A stretch of DNA of 64,000 nucleotides from contig JAYGDX010000089.1 in the NCBI GenBank assembly GCA_046582655.1, forward strand, positions 34,229-98,228. Reading direction: 5' to 3'. The position numbers were made by a program, and so were the translations under genes. The notes beneath the pieces were generated by a model. It was not told the DNA's origin and searched no databases. It saw only the letters and a list, made by a program, of their open reading frames with translations. Every line of letters begins with the position of its first letter. Positions within the stretch are counted from its first letter, which is position 1. This stretch comes from Candidatus Poribacteria bacterium. GTDB lineage: Bacteria > Poribacteria > WGA-4E > UBA9662. Shown piece after piece: positions 19,509 to 30,024 of the stretch.

Positions 19509-20843
19509 GTGATAAGAAAACTTGTTCTCAGATGTTTGGTCCAACTTGAAAGAAGAAATTCACAGATTGCACCTGTAATAGATATGGTTATTCGGCAGAA
19601 TCAATTAAATAATGTAGACCGAGGACTTCTAACTGAAATTGTATATGGTGCAATTCGTTGGCGAGGGCATCTTGACTGGATAATCCGTCAGTTTGTCAAA
19701 CCAGACTTTCAACTCGATTTACAGATGAGAAACATACTGCGGATCGGCGTGTATCAATTACTTTATCTTGATAAGATTCCGGCTCACGCTGCAATTAATG
19801 AAACAGTTAAACTGGCTAATCAAAAAGGACAAAAATCGAAGAATTTTGTCAATGCTATCTTGCGATCAATTCAGCGATCAACCAACAGTTTGACTCCTCC
19901 TCGATTTAAATTAGATCCGATTTCACACATCTCTACGAAACTGTCTTATCCTGGGTGGTTAGTTAAAAAATGGATCAGGCAGTCTAATCCTGAGTGGACG
20001 CTGAAATTCTGTCATGCCAGCAACCAAGTCGCCCCTGTATCGATCCGTACCAACACATTACGAACTGACCGAAAAAAACTTGCCAAGTCACTTCAGGAGG
20101 ATGGTAACCAAGTCGTAGAAAGCCAGATCTCACCCGATGGATTGCTGCTAACCAAGACTAATCCGATCCGTTCACTGAGTGATTTTCAAGCTGGATTGTT
20201 TCAGATCCAAGATGAAGCCGCCCAACTTGTTTCCCACTTGCTTGATCCGCAGGAAAAGTCACAAATTGTTGATCTTTGTGCATCTCCAGGTGGAAAGACA
20301 ACACATCTTGCACAGCTAGTTGGAAATGTTACGAATATCGTCGCAATCGACTTATCGACAAAGAAAATTAAGAGGATTCAGGAAAACTGTAAACGACTCG
20401 GTATCACAAATGTCCGCACGCAAGTAGCCAATGCCACAACAGATGAGATCAAGGCTTTGGCTACAGCAGATTCAATTTTGATTGACGCACCCTGTTCAGG
20501 CACTGGTACTTTGCGACGTCATCCAGATATTCGTTGGAAAAGAACCGCCAAACAGATAGTAGATCTTGCCAATCTGCAACTTGAAATTCTGATTAAAACA
20601 GCAATGCAGATAAAATCTGGTGCAGTCATAATTTACAGTACATGCTCAACTGAAGTTGAAGAAAATCAGGGGGTAATTACTCGGTTTCTTGAAGTATGCC
20701 CACAATTTGCTGTTGAACCAGCACACGATTTCCTGCCATTTTTACCAGCTGATGCAATCACATCTGAGGGACATCTGCAAGTATTTCCACACACGCATAA
20801 AGTTGACGGGACTTTCGCTGTCAGGTTACGCAAAAATGATTAA
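19509..20843 (+). CDS. rsmB: 16S rRNA m5C967 methyltransferase RsmB
   Basis: NusB-like N-terminus, QIQDEAAQ, DLCASPGGKT, DAPCSGTGTLRRHPD, YSTCS. Confidence 0.93.
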   Translation: MIRKLVLRCLVQLERRNSQIAPVIDMVIRQNQLNNVDRGLLTEIVYGAIRWRGHLDWIIRQFVKPDFQLDLQMRNILRIGVYQLLYLDKIPAHAAINETVKLANQKGQKSKNFVNAILRSIQRSTNSLTPPRFKLDPISHISTKLSYPGWLVKKWIRQSNPEWTLKFCHASNQVAPVSIRTNTLRTDRKKLAKSLQEDGNQVVESQISPDGLLLTKTNPIRSLSDFQAGLFQIQDEAAQLVSHLLDPQEKSQIVDLCASPGGKTTHLAQLVGNVTNIVAIDLSTKKIKRIQENCKRLGITNVRTQVANATTDEIKALATADSILIDAPCSGTGTLRRHPDIRWKRTAKQIVDLANLQLEILIKTAMQIKSGAVIIYSTCSTEVEENQGVITRFLEVCPQFAVEPAHDFLPFLPADAITSEGHLQVFPHTHKVDGTFAVRLRKND

Positions 20844-22311
20844 TCCATTACTGGAAATGAAATCCATTACCAAAGAATTTCCGGGTGTCCGTGCCCTAGA
20901 TCAAGTGTCATTCGCTGTTGCACACGGTGAAATCCATGCGCTCTGCGGCGAAAATGGGGCGGGAAAATCAACACTCATCAAAATCCTTGGTGGCGTTCAT
21001 CCGTACGGTACTTATCAAGGAACATTACGAATCGAAAAAAGGGATCAACAGTTCCATTCTGTCCGTGATGCAAAAAAATCGGGCGTAGCAATCATTCATC
21101 AGGAATTGACTCTGATTCCCAAGTTGACTGTTGCGGAGAATATCTTCCTCGACAGAGAACAAACCAAACTTGGAATAATTGATCATCATCAACTATATAG
21201 CGATACAAACCGACTTCCCAAAGATTTTGCTCTTGGCATACCTATTCAAACTCCCATTGAGCATCTTGGGATTGACCAATAGCAGATGGTTGAGATCATC
21301 AAAGTCCTGTCGCAGGATGCACGAGTTTTGGTTCTTGACGAACCGACTGCCGCTTTGACGGAGGCTGAAATCAAAGCCTTACTCCAAATCCTGAATCAAC
21401 TTCGAGATAAAGGAATTACCTGTATCTATAATCACCCATAAACTGAAAGAAGTATTTGCTATTGCTCTGATAGGGTAACAGTCCTACGTGATGGACAAAC
21501 TATCAGAACCCTATCAACTGGCAAAGCTAATGAAAGTCAAATTATTCAAATGATGGTTGGTCGTAAGCTGGATTACCAAAGGCAGTCGGATGATGAATTG
21601 AAAAAAGGACAGACTGACAACACCGCAGACTTGGCCTTACAGGTGAATAACCTGAATGCCTACTACGTTGGTCGTCCCCACCAAACTTATTGTTGAAAAA
21701 TATTGATTTTAGCCTTCGATACGGTGAAATCCTCGGCATTGCAGGATTGATGGGGGCAGGCAGAACAGAATTAGTCTTATCGATCTGGGGTGCGTACGAT
21801 GGAAAAGTTAAAGGTCAAATTTTGATCGATGGTATACCAGTTCGGATTAATTCACCACAAGATGCAATATCACGTTGAATAGGATTCGTCAGTGAGGATC
21901 GGAAACGATTCGGCCTGATTCTTGACGCTAATCTCGAAACTAATATGACGCTGGCAAGCCTCGATCAGATGACGCAAATGGGTATCATTGATCGTAATCA
22001 GGCATTTCATCAAACCAGCCATTATGTCGAATCCATGCAAATTAAGTCCCCTTCGCTTGAAACTGCCGCCAAAAAATTAAGCGGTGGGAATCAACAAAAA
22101 ATGGTACGGGGAAAATGGCTGATGACACAACCGAAAATTTTATTTCTTGATGAGCCTGTGGCGATTATTATAACCTCATCAGATGTTACCTGAGACTCTG
22201 GGAGTAAGTAGCAGGATTATTGTCCTTCATGAAGGCGAAATTACTGGCCAATTTACAAACCAGGAAGTGATACAGGAAGATATTCTCCAATGTGCTTCCG
22301 GAAGACATTGA
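20836..22311 (+). pseudogene. Sugar ABC transporter ATP-binding protein (XylG/RbsA type), disrupted
   Basis: GENGAGKST, IIHQEL, LDEPTAAL, LSGGNQQK. In-frame TAG 21280-21282 and TGA 21876-21878, several frameshifts, and a deletion after the second DEP motif. Confidence 0.9.
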
Positions 22312-22336
22312 CAAAAGCGTATACTCTCGTTATTAT
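22308..22336 (+). promoter_or_regulatory. Sigma70-type promoter for sat
   Basis: TTGACA-17 nt-TATTAT, 36 nt upstream of the ATG. Confidence 0.6.
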
Positions 22337-22372
22337 AACTCAATAAAGACAAGCTATTCCTAAGGAAGTTTA

Positions 22373-23581
22373 ATGCCTCTAATTGAACCTGACGGTGGGG
22401 AATTGATTAATCTCATCGTTCCAGAAAATCAAAGATCCGAAAAAAAATCGGAAGCTGAGTCATTGCCAAAAATGGTCATCAACGAATATCATTTGCAATG
22501 GATCCACATATTAAGTGAAGGGTGGGCAAATCCACTTACCGGATTTATGCGTGAGAATCAGTTTTTACAAACAATCCATTTTAATACCATACGGCAACCA
22601 GATGGCACGCTCGTTAATCAATCCGTTCCGATTACGCTCGATATCTCAGATCAGGATTGCGATCGTCTGCAAAACGCCGACGCAATTACACTGGCAAAAT
22701 CAAATGATGAGCCTGTGGCGATTTTACGAGATCCGGAGTTTTATACCAACCCGAAAGAAGAATACGCTGCCCGAACGATTGGATTTACGCATGTCGGCCA
22801 CCCAACGGTCGAACGAATTATGAAAATGAGTACGCAGTTGGTTGGTGGGGATCTCGAGGTCCTCAGACCAATCGTCTATAACGATGGGCTTGATCACTAT
22901 CGTCTGTCACCCGCTGAATTACGTGCAGAATTCGAAAAGCGTGGTGCAGACGCGGTTTATGCTTTTCAACTCCGAAATCCGGTTCATAATGGCCATGCTT
23001 TACTAATGAACGAAACAAAAGAGCAACTAAAAACACAAGGATACAAAAACCCTGTGCTTCTGTTGCATCCGCTTGGAGGATGGACGAAAGAAGACGATGT
23101 TCCTCTAGATGTCAGGATGCGTCAACATGGTGCAGTACTTGAAGATGGGATATTGGATCCGATCTCAACAGTTGTTTCCATTTTTCCCAGCCCCATGCTT
23201 TACGGTGGGCCGACAGAAGTTCAGTGGCACGCCAAAGCCCGAATCAATGCCGGGGTGAGTCACTACATCGTTGGGCGTGATCCCGCGGGGATAACGCATC
23301 CGGAGACGGGTGAACCTGTCTACGACCCGTTTCACGGCATGAAAGTCCTGCAGATGGCTATCGGTCTGGAAAAACTGGAAATCATCGAGTTCAAATTTGC
23401 CGCTTATGACAAGGTTTCCGGCAAGATGGGATTCTTTGACCCTAGCCGAGCTGACGATTTTCTGATGATTTCTGGTTCACAAATGCGGGAATACGCACGA
23501 AACAAAGAGACACCTCCAGATGGATTCATGGGTAAAAAGGCTTGGCAGGTTATTGCAGAATACTATGCCTCAATCAATTAG
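22373..23581 (+). CDS. sat: Sulfate adenylyltransferase (ATP sulfurylase) with plant/metazoan-type motifs
   Basis: AFQLRNPVHNGH, HPLGGWTKEDDVP, PSPMLYGGPTEVQWHA, YIVGRDPAG. Confidence 0.93.
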   Translation: MPLIEPDGGELINLIVPENQRSEKKSEAESLPKMVINEYHLQWIHILSEGWANPLTGFMRENQFLQTIHFNTIRQPDGTLVNQSVPITLDISDQDCDRLQNADAITLAKSNDEPVAILRDPEFYTNPKEEYAARTIGFTHVGHPTVERIMKMSTQLVGGDLEVLRPIVYNDGLDHYRLSPAELRAEFEKRGADAVYAFQLRNPVHNGHALLMNETKEQLKTQGYKNPVLLLHPLGGWTKEDDVPLDVRMRQHGAVLEDGILDPISTVVSIFPSPMLYGGPTEVQWHAKARINAGVSHYIVGRDPAGITHPETGEPVYDPFHGMKVLQMAIGLEKLEIIEFKFAAYDKVSGKMGFFDPSRADDFLMISGSQMREYARNKETPPDGFMGKKAWQVIAEYYASIN

Positions 23582-23666
23582 TATTCCAGCTACCAAACCC
23601 TTAAATGCAATTATTAGGTTGGTATTTCGACCACCTGTACTATCTCAGAAATAAGGGGAAGATTAG

Positions 23667-24557
23667 ATGTCAATCAAGCTGAAAAGCAGTTATACTAACA
23701 TTAAAAACTGGTTTCGCGGAAATTTGCACACACACACTACAGAAAGTGACGGTTCACGTCCTCCAGAGATAGTCATCGCCGATTACGAATCTCGAGGCTA
23801 TGATTTCCTTTGCATCTCCGATCACGATATTCTGGTAGATCCAAGTCAATATCAGCAAGATACCTCCATGACACTAATCCCCGCAGTAGAGGTGTCAGCA
23901 CATGGACCGCACATTCAGCAAGTCAATGCCAATAATCGTGTTGCTCCTGATTCAGATCGGCAAGTTGTGGTGAGAGAGATCATTGCAGACCAGTCAATCT
24001 GCATTTTGAATCATCCTAATTGGGGAAGACAATACAACCATTTCCCACATGATTTAATGGAATCATTAGATGGATATCACGGTATCGAAATCTATAATGG
24101 TGTCATCCAACGATTGCACGGGTCAGCGCTAGCCGCGGATCGATGGGATCGTCTACTTTCTGATGGACATCGGCTTTGGGGGTATGGCAATGATGACTCC
24201 CACCAACCGGGAGATGTCGAAATCGCATGGAACATTGTACAAGCTAAAGATTGTACAGTTGACCAAATTGATGCTGGGTTGCGTAACGGCAGTTTTTACG
24301 CCTCAACTGGTGTTACTATCAGTTCAATAGAAACTAGTGGTACAACGATCCATGTCAAAACCAAAGACGCTCAGAGAGTTTGCTTCGTCAGTAAACTAGG
24401 AGTAATTCAGTCAATCGTTGATGAGGCTGAAGTCAGCTACACTTTGCCAGAAGACCCAAACCAAGCACTTAGCTTGAGCTATATCCGTGCGGAATGCTAT
24501 GGATCAGGAGGAAGTGTGGCTTGGACCCAACCAATCTTCATCGAGGAAAATGCATAA
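23667..24557 (+). CDS. PHP-domain (CehA/McbA-like) metallohydrolase
   Basis: GNLHTHTTESDG, ISDHD, NHPNW, GNDDSH. Confidence 0.85.
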   Translation: MSIKLKSSYTNIKNWFRGNLHTHTTESDGSRPPEIVIADYESRGYDFLCISDHDILVDPSQYQQDTSMTLIPAVEVSAHGPHIQQVNANNRVAPDSDRQVVVREIIADQSICILNHPNWGRQYNHFPHDLMESLDGYHGIEIYNGVIQRLHGSALAADRWDRLLSDGHRLWGYGNDDSHQPGDVEIAWNIVQAKDCTVDQIDAGLRNGSFYASTGVTISSIETSGTTIHVKTKDAQRVCFVSKLGVIQSIVDEAEVSYTLPEDPNQALSLSYIRAECYGSGGSVAWTQPIFIEENA

Positions 24558-24595
24558 ATCTATACAACGCATCGCGGATTGTTGTATTGGACGAT

Positions 24596-24643
24596 TTGAC
24601 ACTGTAGTATTAAAATGACATAATACTAAAGTTTTAGTATTAT
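24596..24643 (+). promoter_or_regulatory. Sigma70 promoter with overlapping palindromic operator
   Basis: TTGACA(24596)-17 nt-CATAAT(24619); inverted repeat ATAATACTAAA-gt-TTTAGTATTAT at 24620-24643. Confidence 0.65.
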
Positions 24644-24812
24644 AATCTTAGTTCAGATTTCCAAGTTTAATTCTGTAAAGATTAATTGACTTGCTATCGA
24701 TAGAGAACAGCCCTCAATCTTCACATTTTGAGCACATACAATTTCCCTGATTCATAACCGAGGAATCCGATAAAAGAAACCTCGTCTTTACCAATCTAAG
24801 GAAACTGGAGAA

Positions 24813-26000
24813 ATGACAGGAAGATCTCGATTTAGGTTTGCCATCCTATTTTTTATTTCTATTGTTCTAACTTCGTATTATGATGCTGAGGCCTTTATCC
24901 AGAAGGAATATTCACTTCAGGAGGTATTGAGCGAATGTTCCAATGTCCTTTTTGGCACAGTCACTGAAGTCGACCAAAAGCGGATGATGGCAAAGGTGAA
25001 ACCGGAGGAAAACTTAAAGGGAGAAACCAAGTTTAGCCAGATTAAAATTAACATCGGTGTTGGACAAGGGAACTTCCCTCAACAACTAATTCGGAAGTTT
25101 AAGGTTGGAGAACCGATTATCATCTTTTATAAAGACGAAGGTGGCCGGATCGCAAGTGTTGGTCATATTGGTGGAATTTGGTTTCAGATCTTTGCGCCTA
25201 AGCGTTCTGACAGAAATAAGATCTGGTGGAATTTTACGCACATTGAAATTTATATGCACCGTACTTACAAAGGTTCAACAGTTGATTTCCAAAGTCATCT
25301 GCGCCAAGTTTTTGCCGGGAAAATTAAACCCAAAGGGAAAAAAGGATCTCAATCTTATAATCTAGCGGACGCTCCAACAGGAGCCATACGTGTTATGGTA
25401 CTCAATGGTGCTCGTTACGATGTTGAGTTCTCAACCTTAACTGATTTTGATCAAGCCAACAATCACAAAGTTGTTTACCAGCAGACGGAAGACCGTGATC
25501 TACCCGGTATCGAAAAAGCAGACATCTTGTGGATTGGTCAAGGAGTGATTAGTAACGACAAGTACTTTTTAACCTCCAAGCAAGAGAAGAAGATTAAAGC
25601 TTTTGTCAAAAGTGGCGGTGTGGCAATCGTGTCTAGCCAAGACAGCGATGATGAACGTCCATGCGAGGTTGGTTGGATATCTGAGCCAATAAAAGGAATT
25701 GAAAGTATGGGGCGAAGTGACTTCAAAGCGACCGAACACGCTGGATCTCTTTTCGATACTCCTAACCGGATAAGATCAGGGGAGGTTTTTTTGGACGATA
25801 CTTGGTCAGACTGGAGCAGTAAATATATCATGTTGGCAACGACAAATTCAGGCAAAAATGTTGCTGTGGCTATGCTCAAACATGGACGTGGAATATATCT
25901 ATTAACTGGTTTTCAAAATGAAACAACTGCAAATGTATTTGTTAATCGATTAATGATTGAGAATCTTATACACTTTGCCGCTAATTGGCTTAAGGGATGA
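24813..26000 (+). CDS. Secreted hypothetical protein (C-terminal half resembles a GATase1-like fold)
   Basis: Signal peptide, GGAG RBS, 395 aa ORF; fold call is tentative. Confidence 0.6.
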   Translation: MTGRSRFRFAILFFISIVLTSYYDAEAFIQKEYSLQEVLSECSNVLFGTVTEVDQKRMMAKVKPEENLKGETKFSQIKINIGVGQGNFPQQLIRKFKVGEPIIIFYKDEGGRIASVGHIGGIWFQIFAPKRSDRNKIWWNFTHIEIYMHRTYKGSTVDFQSHLRQVFAGKIKPKGKKGSQSYNLADAPTGAIRVMVLNGARYDVEFSTLTDFDQANNHKVVYQQTEDRDLPGIEKADILWIGQGVISNDKYFLTSKQEKKIKAFVKSGGVAIVSSQDSDDERPCEVGWISEPIKGIESMGRSDFKATEHAGSLFDTPNRIRSGEVFLDDTWSDWSSKYIMLATTNSGKNVAVAMLKHGRGIYLLTGFQNETTANVFVNRLMIENLIHFAANWLKG

Positions 26001-27499
26001 ACCTAACGGGAAAAACTCTGATGAAAAAGGTTTTGATGTTTACAGCGCTTAGTATTATGCTTGTCAGCCTAGCGGTACCTGCACAGGCAGTTATTCCCGC
26101 ATTGGTCGGCCCGTTAGCAGCACTAATTAGTGTCTTGCCACAGATCCTTGCTTTTGTCGGCATAGGCATGCTAGCGATATTAAAACCCGGAACCTACCGC
26201 GCATTACTCACTATTGCTTGGCAGCATAAAATCATCACAACAATTATACTCTTAAGTGTCACAATCAGTAGTGGATTCTTTATTTATCAGGCTGTATCGC
26301 CAAATGTAAATATAATAGCAACTACATCGAAAGATCTACAATTGAGTAGTATCAGCCAATCATGGGCAACCTTCCGTGGTGGAATCCACCGCACGGGGCA
26401 CCAGGCTAATCATCTCGGTCCGACTGACGCAAATTTACTATGGGCATTTATAGATCGCGAAGCGGCGGTAATGGATTTTTCATCCTCTCCAGCGGTCGTT
26501 GGTAACCGCTTATATATTGGTGCTGGCCGTGGTTCGCTCTTTCGCACAGATGGGTTGGTCTATTGCCTTGATGTGAAGACGGGTAATGTGATTTGGAAAT
26601 CGAAGTCCCCCCAACAAATTTTCTCATCGCCGGCAATTGTAGGAGGGCGGGTTTACATTGGAGAAGGATTGCATTACGACGTTGACTCCAGCCTGCGTTG
26701 TTTGGATGCAAACACGGGGCAGGAAATTTGGAATTTTCAAACGGCAAGTCATGTTGAATCCAGCCCATGTATCGATCGAGGTCGCGTGTATTTTGGGGCT
26801 GGAGACGATGGTGTCTACTGCCTTGACGCACTAGAAGGCAAAGAAATATGGCACTATACCAATCTGCATGTCGACATTTCGCCAATTGTAGTGGATGGAA
26901 AACTCTATTTTGGTACCGGCTACGGTCAACCAAAAATCTACGCTGTTTCCGCTGAAAATGGTTCCGATATCTGGGTAAAATCAGTTGATCTACCCGTCTG
27001 GGGAAGTCCAACGATTAGTGGAGAATTAATCTATTTTGGTCTTGGTAACGGCAATTTTGTTGACAGTCACCAAGTCCCCACCGGAGGAGTAGTTGCACTC
27101 AATCTCAAAACGGGGGAAGAGGTTTGGTCGTTCCAAACAGAAGATGCTGTTTTAACGGCGATATCCTTTCTGAAGGATTACGTCTATTTTGGGTGTCGGG
27201 ACGGATACGTTTACGCGCTTGATGCAAAGACTGGCGACATCTTTTGGAAGTCTTCTATCGATACACCCATTGTTTCTTCACCGGCAGTTACAAAGGATTC
27301 AATCTATTTTGGAGGGACGAATGGTGTAATTTATTGCCTTGAAGCAGAAACCGGTGACATGAATTGGTGGTATAATACCGATGATATTTCAAGCGAAATC
27401 AAAATCTACTCATCACCAGCCGTGGCAAATGGGAAATTGTATATAGGATCATCAAACCGATATCTTTTCTGCTTAGGTGACACTACTCCAACCAATTAG
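25997..27499 (+). CDS. Membrane-anchored PQQ-like (BamB-type) beta-propeller repeat protein
   Basis: Repeated SSPAV/I...YxG..DG.VYCLDA.TG..IW blades; N-terminal TM segments. Confidence 0.85.
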   Translation: MNLTGKTLMKKVLMFTALSIMLVSLAVPAQAVIPALVGPLAALISVLPQILAFVGIGMLAILKPGTYRALLTIAWQHKIITTIILLSVTISSGFFIYQAVSPNVNIIATTSKDLQLSSISQSWATFRGGIHRTGHQANHLGPTDANLLWAFIDREAAVMDFSSSPAVVGNRLYIGAGRGSLFRTDGLVYCLDVKTGNVIWKSKSPQQIFSSPAIVGGRVYIGEGLHYDVDSSLRCLDANTGQEIWNFQTASHVESSPCIDRGRVYFGAGDDGVYCLDALEGKEIWHYTNLHVDISPIVVDGKLYFGTGYGQPKIYAVSAENGSDIWVKSVDLPVWGSPTISGELIYFGLGNGNFVDSHQVPTGGVVALNLKTGEEVWSFQTEDAVLTAISFLKDYVYFGCRDGYVYALDAKTGDIFWKSSIDTPIVSSPAVTKDSIYFGGTNGVIYCLEAETGDMNWWYNTDDISSEIKIYSSPAVANGKLYIGSSNRYLFCLGDTTPTN

Positions 27500-27603
27500 G
27501 TTAAGAATTACCTATGTATCATCTTCTTTATTTCAGAATAACGAGAATTTGATTGCACTGGGTTCCTGTACCAACCCCTTTTTTCGCCAAGGATCCGAAG
27601 CGA

Positions 27604-27636
27604 AAAAAGCCTTCAACTCCAAAAAGAAGGCTTTTT
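27604..27636. terminator. Possible bidirectional intrinsic terminator
   Basis: AAAAAGCCTTC-11 nt-GAAGGCTTTTT downstream of the PQQ-repeat gene. Confidence 0.45.
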
Positions 27637-27756
27637 CAGATTTCCTGCTTTTTAGAAGAGTAGGCATAAACTGTAAGCAGAAATCCAAATTCGTAGATGA
27701 AATCCTGATTGTATAGGAAGAAACAATTTAGGACCGCTTTACAGAATACGATAATT

Positions 27757-28638
27757 ATGTCATTAGAAACAGTCGCAATTCTAAGTCCAGGAGACATGGG
27801 ACACATGGTGGGACGTGTCCTTGCCGAACATGGATTACGTGTTATTACCTGTTTAACGGGAAGAAGCCAGCGGACAAGAGTACTGGCCGAAGATGCTGGA
27901 ATATTGGATGTATCAACGCTTCAAACTTTGGTTAGTGAAGCCGACATCATTTTATCCATTCTAGTACCTGCGCAAGCAACAAGCATAGCAGAAATGGTAT
28001 CAGAAGCTATAATAGAGACACAAGCAAAAGTACTATATGTTGACTGCAATGCCATATCACCCAAAACGACTCGTAGGATATCGGAAACTATCACAAATGC
28101 CGGTGGAAATTACCTTGATGGTTCTATTATTGGTCCACCCCCCAGATCTAAGGGGTTAACACGTTTCTACGTTTCTGGTCCAGAGGTAGATCTATTTAGC
28201 AAACTCAACCAATTCGGGTTGGATATTTGTCCCTTGGGCGATAAGATTGGGAAAGCTTCAGCAATAAAAATGTGTTATGCCGCTTTGACGAAGGGATTGT
28301 CCGCACTTTGTATTGAGTTGTTGACTGCATCAAAACTCTTGGAAGTATCGGAACCATTAGCGAGTGAGTTTCAATTAAGCCAACCCTCCTTATACGAGCG
28401 AATGGAGCGGACCATACCCGGATTGCCATCAAAATCCAGACGTTGGGTTGGTGAGATGAAAGAGATATCGGCAACTTTCGCCGAGGTTGGACTCACGCCG
28501 AAGATCCTGGACGGCGCGGCGGATATGTTTCAATTTGTCGGTGACACTCGGTTAGCGAATCTGCACCCCGAAGATCAGAATTCGTTTTCTGTTATGAAAG
28601 AGGTAATTGCTATTCTCTCCGAGCATCTTGAAACTTAA
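27757..28638 (+). CDS. NAD(P)-dependent oxidoreductase, 6PGDH/HIBADH-like with DUF1932-type C-terminus
   Basis: ILSPGDMG, DCNAISP, IIGPPP, ASAIKMCYAALTKG, RRWVGEM. Confidence 0.82.
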   Translation: MSLETVAILSPGDMGHMVGRVLAEHGLRVITCLTGRSQRTRVLAEDAGILDVSTLQTLVSEADIILSILVPAQATSIAEMVSEAIIETQAKVLYVDCNAISPKTTRRISETITNAGGNYLDGSIIGPPPRSKGLTRFYVSGPEVDLFSKLNQFGLDICPLGDKIGKASAIKMCYAALTKGLSALCIELLTASKLLEVSEPLASEFQLSQPSLYERMERTIPGLPSKSRRWVGEMKEISATFAEVGLTPKILDGAADMFQFVGDTRLANLHPEDQNSFSVMKEVIAILSEHLET

Positions 28639-28740
28639 ATAGCCAAAGTGCAGACTCAAGTTGCCTCTTCGCATTTTTCAGCAACCCATTCGACTAACAA
28701 ATTTGCGGAGATAAGTAACTGCCAAGATCCAAGTTAGGCT

Positions 28741-29626
28741 TCATTCAAAAACCATTGTGCGATTACCATGTACTAGAACCTCCCGTTTAAGATGGTACCA
28801 TATCGCTCGTGCCAGAACGACCTTTTCTAAGTCACGTCCCTTTCTAATCAAATCCGTCACCGTATCTTTATGACTGATATTGACAATATCTTGTTCAACA
28901 ATTGGTCCAGCATCTAGGTCAGAAGTCACATAATGGCTAGTAGCACCAATGATCTTAACACTGCGTTCGTAAGCAGAATGATACAGCTGAGCACCAGGAA
29001 AGGTGGGAAGAAAAGAATGGTGAATATTGATAATTTGATTAGGATAGTGTTCAACAAACTCACTAGTCATTATTTGCATGTAGCGAGCAAGGACAATAGA
29101 TTCGATACCATATTCTTTCAAAAGTGCCAACTACTTCTGTTCCTGAGAACGTTTGTTGGTTTGCGTGATAGAAAAGACATAGTAATCAATACCAAATCCC
29201 CTCGCCACTGACTCTAAATCCGAGTGATTGCTAATAATCAAAGGTATTTCAACATCCCATTCCTTGGCTTGGTATCGGGATAAGATATCATACAAGCAGT
29301 GTGATAGCTTTGAGACAAAGACAGCAATGCGAGGTATTTCATCGGAAAAATACAGTTTCCACTGCATTCCAAATTTCTCCGCAATTTCGACTTGAAAACA
29401 AACTCCAAGTTCTTCTACAGGGAGATTAGTGTTTTCCAAATCCCATTCAGCTCGCATGAAAAATATTTGCTTTTGAGAATCAACGTGCTGATCAAGGCGA
29501 ATGATATTACCATTACTTTATATAAATGAATTCAGTTATCGATGCGATTAACCCCTTTCTGTCGGTGCAATGTACCAGCAAAATTGCAGAACGAATCCGA
29601 TTTTGTGTTTTACTCTTGTGGTTCAT
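28741..29626 (-). pseudogene. purU: Formyltetrahydrofolate deformylase, disrupted
   Basis: ACT domain (CTDRKGLIA), VSKLSHCL, LARYMQI, INIHHSFLP. Frameshift near 29520 and in-frame TAG 29131-29133. Confidence 0.9.
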
Positions 29627-29671
29627 GGATTGATGTATTCTATTCGTGATATTTTGCATTTATCTATTATC

Positions 29672-29944
29672 ATGTAAGTTCGACTAAGAAACTAAATGAC
29701 AACCGCAGGTAGATCAGCCAAACCCTTGACTCGGGGATTCAATCAGGGTTTCTTCTCTTGGTAAGAGGAGGCAATCAAAGCTGAAATGACATTTAGTAGA
29801 AAGTTAATCTCCCTACCATGCCTGGTATGCTCAAATCTGACAGAAGAGTGGCATGATAGACATCAGGGATATCCTTTCTGTTTTTCAACTGAGTGATTCA
29901 CAGGATGATAGCAGAAAGAGCTCCTGCTCCACTAGAACTCACGT
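29672..29944 (-). mobile_element. Internally deleted IS982-family remnant
   Basis: Minus strand carries a degraded VN.QLKN...QIEHTRHGREINFLLNVISALIA..QEKKP tail typical of IS982 transposases. Imperfect IRs atgtaagttc (29672) and gaactcacgt (29935-29944). Confidence 0.55.
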
Positions 29945-30024
29945 TAATTATTTCAGTTTGGTTAATAAAACGAAAACGCATATGGTACATGCTAAGTTAC
30001 ATTGAGGCAATTTTGAAACCAGCT

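Noticed and set aside
21876..21878. In-frame TGA in the ABC ATPase as Sec or TGA=Gly recoding
   Set aside because: It falls on a Gly position in a multiply broken gene, and TGA is a normal stop elsewhere (uvrC, SDR)
21280..29133. In-frame TAG at Gln positions in both the ABC ATPase and purU, suggesting TAG=Gln or Pyl recoding
   Set aside because: Both genes also have frameshifts, and intact genes (sat, rpsU, tgt) end in TAG; CAG>TAG transitions explain it
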